Below, piece by piece: positions 20,601-24,760 of a DNA stretch of 24,760 nt. Under the pieces are notes generated by a model, which was not told where the DNA came from, made no database searches, and saw only the letters and a list, made by a program, of their open reading frames with translations. Each line of letters starts with the position of its first letter. The first letter of the stretch is position 1. This DNA comes from a virus (Duplodnaviria; Caudoviricetes), in IMG/VR virus record IMGVR_UViG_3300005077_000101, positions 1-24,760 of that record. One strand, 5' to 3'. Both the position numbers and the translations under genes were made by a program.

Positions 20601-21627
20601 TTGCAAAATCTTGAACAATAAGAAATGCTCATTGTCTGGTCAGTCAACTACCCAATCCAGCATACGCAAAAATCAAAAAATATGTATCATTATTGTTTTT
20701 TATCAATTCATTCAAATAATCAATACTAAATGTCTTTTTATTAATATTTTTTGAACGAAAACTTGATCATATTTTTACACCCCTTTTGAGTATTTGTAAT
20801 TCAAAATTTTGTTCCGAATCATCAACTTCAGACCTTACAATATTCAATGCAACATCTTTATTTTGTGTTATTCATTTTAAATATTTATCTCAATATTTGC
20901 TTTTTTGTGCAAAATTATCTAGGTTTAATTCTATTTTTGAAATTAAATTTTTAATAATTTCATTTTTAACATCTTCGACATTTTCATATTTTTTTTTATT
21001 GTTCTCGATCTTCGTTCTCGTTCTGGTCGTATATCTTGTTGCTTGTGATTTTTGATTCGTACATCATCCGGTCTTAAAGCTCATTGCCACGAGATCTTCT
21101 ACATTGTCCAACAAAAACAAAGTGTATTCTCCATAATTGACATGTTTTGCTGGATCTTTTGATAATTTTTTGATTGTATCTTTTTGCTTAACAATTCCAC
21201 CAAATTCTTCAATAGTATTTAAAATCTGTCATGGACTTTTTGTCAAGATGTCTGGATATTCTTTTTTAAAATCAGATTTTTCCATAACCAAAGCCAAGCT
21301 TGAAAGAATTTCTTTTATTCTTGGAACTTGGTCTTTAAAAAAATTCTTTTTTCACAATTCGTTTTTAAGTGAGTAAAGATGGAAATTTGGAAATAATTCT
21401 TTTCTCATAAAATTTCACAAATAAACATAAAATTTATTTTTTGGAGTAGGATCTGCTTCTTTTAAAAATGTTTTGACAAAATCTAAAACTAATTGTTCAT
21501 ATTCTTTTTTTTCACTAGTTGTAAGATCACCAATTGGATCAAATTCAATTTTTTTTCTTATCGCTTTTAATATTGCCGGAGTTAGATATTCAAACTTGCT
21601 TTCAAAATCTTCATTTATTAATTGCAT
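17647..21627 (-). CDS. Large multidomain protein, 1326 aa, with pol-beta-superfamily nucleotidyltransferase domain (code 4)
   Basis: One frame from MQLINE to TAA 17647 with about two dozen TGA and no internal TAA/TAG. NTase segment at ~18740-19380: DITFTGSLVNYNYTDYSDIDLHIIVD...IYGHDVEVY...SSGVYSL...GGEYSIENLAFKVLRN. Also TGWCT (~21060) and RGYDGIFI (~19485) motifs. Confidence 0.85.
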
Positions 21628-21631
21628 TGGA

Positions 21632-23158
21632 TTACAATTCCTTTAATTTATTTTTCAATGCCGACAGTCATCAAGCACCATTTGAAAATGTACTATCTCC
21701 CATTCATGGAAAATTGTATTTAAATTGATCTATATTTATTTTTTCAAATGATTTTTCTATAATATTTTTTAATCTTGGATATCACAATTTTGGATTGTTT
21801 TCATAAGAATACTCATAAGAAACATTCACTCTTGGAGCTTCTTGGGGAATTCCCATGCTTTTTACAATCAATCTTAATATATTTACAGCATATGCGATGT
21901 CTTTCTTGTATGTAAATGATTCTTCAGTATCATATCCATTTGTGTTCAATATATTTGCTATTTCATTAAGATCATTAATGATAGAATTTTGATTTTTTTC
22001 ACCCTCTATGACTTTCTTTTCCTGCGACTTATATCAAACCATACGAGCCTTTATTTCTTTCTCTTTAAAACTAGACTTTGTTTCTGGTGTCCAATCCTTC
22101 ATTGGCTCTTTTTTAGATTGATTTATCAGATCATGAATTATGTCGGCAATTCCATCTTTGATCGATTCATTTTTGTCTATTGTATATCAAAAATTTCCTC
22201 ATTCACATGAAATCGTTATATTAATTTTATGAAAGTCATGTAATTTGCTCCCTTTGTGTTTCTTGAATCCTATTCTATAGCCCCTTTCTTTTGCGGCTTC
22301 AGTATCAATGAGAGCTTCTACATCTATTCTTCTTCCTTTTTTTGTTCAAAATTTTGAAAGCTCAGATTCTCCAGACAATTGATCATTTAGCAAGTTGGCA
22401 ATTAAACTTGCAATCTTTCTTTGTTGGAATCTTTGTATTTGATTAGTTGCCATATTTTCCAAACCTTTTCCAGTTAAATTATACACTTCAATGACCCTAA
22501 ACGCTTGCGGAACCAAAAAACATATTTGTTTTGGTTCTCTTTGATTAATGGCAGCTACATTTGCACTTTTTGCTTCATCTTCTACCACTCAAAATCCAGC
22601 TCTTTTAAGTAAAGCTGCTTGTTCTTGCCCTGTTCTCATTTCTACTTCATTTCTTAAATCATAAGATCATTTGTATGATCTTTTATATGGAACATTTTCT
22701 ATTTTAAGTTGAACCACTGCAAAAAATGCAGATCCAATATTTTTTTTATCATATAATTTTTTTGCTATTTCCATCAATCTATCACAATTTTGCATTCCCA
22801 TCTTTTGAAGTATATTGATTGCATTGTTGTAAGTTAAATTTGATAAATTTAAAACTTTATTATACGGAGCTAAAATTTTAAGAACTCTTAGATATTTGGC
22901 TCTAGAACCATATCAAATATCTGCTGGATAATTGACAACATACCTCAATGGATATGCATAAACGCCAACCGGATCACTATGTGATGAATTTGGATTGTAA
23001 CTTCTAGCCAATGTGTCAAATCCACCATGATTCGTAAAATTGACATAGAGACTATATCCAGATCCATCTTTAATTGTCTTCAAATATTTCTTTCGAAAAT
23101 TTTTAAAGTTCGGAGAATGAATATCAGATCATACTATTTCATTTAAAATATTATTCAT
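21632..23158 (-). CDS. Hypothetical protein, 508 aa, N-terminal ADP-ribosyltransferase-like domain (code 4)
   Basis: ATG 23158 overlaps the portal end (MNNILNEIVW...) and is open to TAA 21632. Motifs LYVNFT, DPVGVYAYPL, LLKRAGFWVVED, INQREPKQICFLVPQAFRVIE. The ORF is solid; the function is tentative. Confidence 0.6.
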
Positions 23159-24760
23159 TATTATTCATGTCGTTTTCTATGTCTTCTGGAGATTCTAGTG
23201 CTTCTGGCGGTTCTATTCCTCCTTCCAATCCCTCTTCGCCCATTGGCGGAAGATCTTCTGATCCCATTCCCATGTCTTCCATTCCCTCTCCTCCAAGACC
23301 GGGAAGACCTCCTGCTCCGCCAAAACCTCCCATGTCTCTGCCGGGGCTGGCAGCAGCAGTTTCCTTTGCAGCTTGAGCTTCTGCTGTGTTATAGTCAAGA
23401 ACATCCTTCATGGTCAACAGAACACCTTGTTCTCCTTGAGCAAATATGAAGTTTCTCAAACTGTCTCTTGTCAATTGAATTTCTTCTTCTTCGATCTCTT
23501 CGTCTGTCATTTTTCAAATATTTTTCTTAACTCAATAATTTGAGAATGACTTGTCTGCTCTTGCGTCTCTTTCGGCATTCAATCTTGCTTGGAATATTTC
23601 AAGCTCTTGCAATTCATTAATATGGGATGGATTTGTTAATTCAATCTTCACATCTGCAATGTCGTGAGTTTTATATCCCTTAATATACAAATGAATCATC
23701 ATTAACTCTTCAAGAGTCTTGATGAATGCTTGCTGAATTCTTTCTACATATTTTGCATATCTGATGTCTTCGTTTCCCAATGTTGCTTTGCTATTTAAAG
23801 CTTCTTCATATCCCAAATAAGAGTTTGGAACTCCTAATGAAGTTATGAATTTTTGATGGATGTACTCAACATCATCGATTGCCGACCATTCAAGAGAATC
23901 CAATGTTTCAATCTTGTTACCATCAGCAGCTCCTCTCTTTGGCAATATGAAATCCTCTTCTACAGACATCAGTGACAATCTATAATCAACATTTCCTTGA
24001 TCATCATAAATTCTATCTTTTTTAAATGTATTTGCAAATTTATTAACAGCCGCTTCCACTTGATCTGATCTAATGTTTCCAACATCAAAATAAAAAATTC
24101 TTCTTTGTGGAGCGCGAACAAGGCGATAAATAATCATACTGTCTTCAATGGTAATCAATTGTCTTCAAATTCTTCTACCATTTTCAAGAACAGATCTACC
24201 ATATTCCTGAAAATCTACCGATGACTTCAATTTAAAATGAGCTACTTCATATGGTTCTAATGTTTCCTGTCCCATTCCATAAACTCTAAATCTATATGCA
24301 AATGGATTCTTATCATCAAAACCAACTTCTCTTTCAACATGTTCAACAGGAACGGCTACGAGTTTCTTAATACCTTCTTTTGCATCAATATGATTCATGA
24401 AGAATGAATCTCCATACTTACAATTTTTAACAAAAATACCACTATCAAGAGTTGGATTTCCATTTTTATCTTTTCCGCAAACAGCAAAATTATGCCTATT
24501 TCTGTCACCATCAAGCCCAACTACAGTCATACAATAAACATCTGAAGTTTCTTGAATCGTCTCTACGGATTGAACTTTATGATTTAGTTTATTCGGATAT
24601 TCAGATCTTATAATATCAGGAATTCTTTTGAATTCTCTGTTATTATAGCTATTTCATGTATCAATAAACTTGCTATCATTTTTCAAAAACTCTAATATTT
24701 GATCTCTGTTTGGATTTCCTCTATGGTTTCTATCAACTGTTGATTCATACTTAGTATAAA
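23151..24760 (-). CDS. gp20: Portal vertex protein, T4 gp20-like, 5' end outside window, intein-containing (code 4)
   Basis: CKYGDSF...YEVAHFKL...YGRSVLENGRRIWRQL..IEDSMIIYRLVRAPQRRIFYFDVGN...EEDFILPKRG...IETL...IDDVEY...LGVP...EDIRYAKYVERIQ; Gly/acidic tail. Confidence 0.95.
24423..24760 (-). mobile_element. Intein C-terminal part within the portal gene
   Basis: NHKVQSVETI...DVYCMTV...HNFAV...GIFVKN followed by extein Cys (CKYGD); matches intein blocks F and G. Confidence 0.9.

Noticed and set aside
3915-23404. Alternative-frame minus ORFs (3915-4103, 5172-5378, 18501-18713, 23213-23404)
   Set aside because: Each is nested out of frame within a well-supported longer gene.
81-23449. Plus-strand ORFs in the supplied track
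   Set aside because: They are antisense shadows of minus-strand genes with Ser/Phe/Leu-rich complement composition and no recognisable motifs.
1-24760. Fragmented ORFs suggesting a decayed prophage or pseudogenes
   Set aside because: All breaks are in-frame TGA, often at conserved Trp, with no frameshifts or internal TAA/TAG. Recoding explains them.
1-24760. Suppressor tRNA, other ncRNA or CRISPR array
   Set aside because: Intergenic gaps are about 100 nt or less and are occupied by terminators and promoters; no cloverleaf or repeat-spacer pattern was seen.

Overview
This window is the virion morphogenesis module of a large, AT-rich T4-like (contractile-tail) phage, encoded entirely on the minus strand. 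The supplied ORF track is fragmented because the genome reads TGA as tryptophan (genetic code 4). In-frame TGAs fall on conserved Trp positions of the sheath, tube, prohead protease and major capsid protein, and read-through gives about 23 tightly tiled genes ending in TAA (one TAG). In transcription order (right to left): intein-containing portal (partial), a 508-aa ADP-ribosyltransferase-like protein, a 1326-aa multidomain protein with a pol-beta-type nucleotidyltransferase domain, a conserved hypothetical, a single-TM coiled-coil protein followed by a stand-alone tandem PAS-PAS protein, prohead protease, several small probable head proteins, scaffold, major capsid, neck proteins, tail completion, sheath, tube, a tail/hub chaperone with a probable frameshifted extension, and the tape measure (partial). 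Three intrinsic terminators and a repeated TATATAA-type putative late promoter are visible. All translations were done by eye and no database searches were run.
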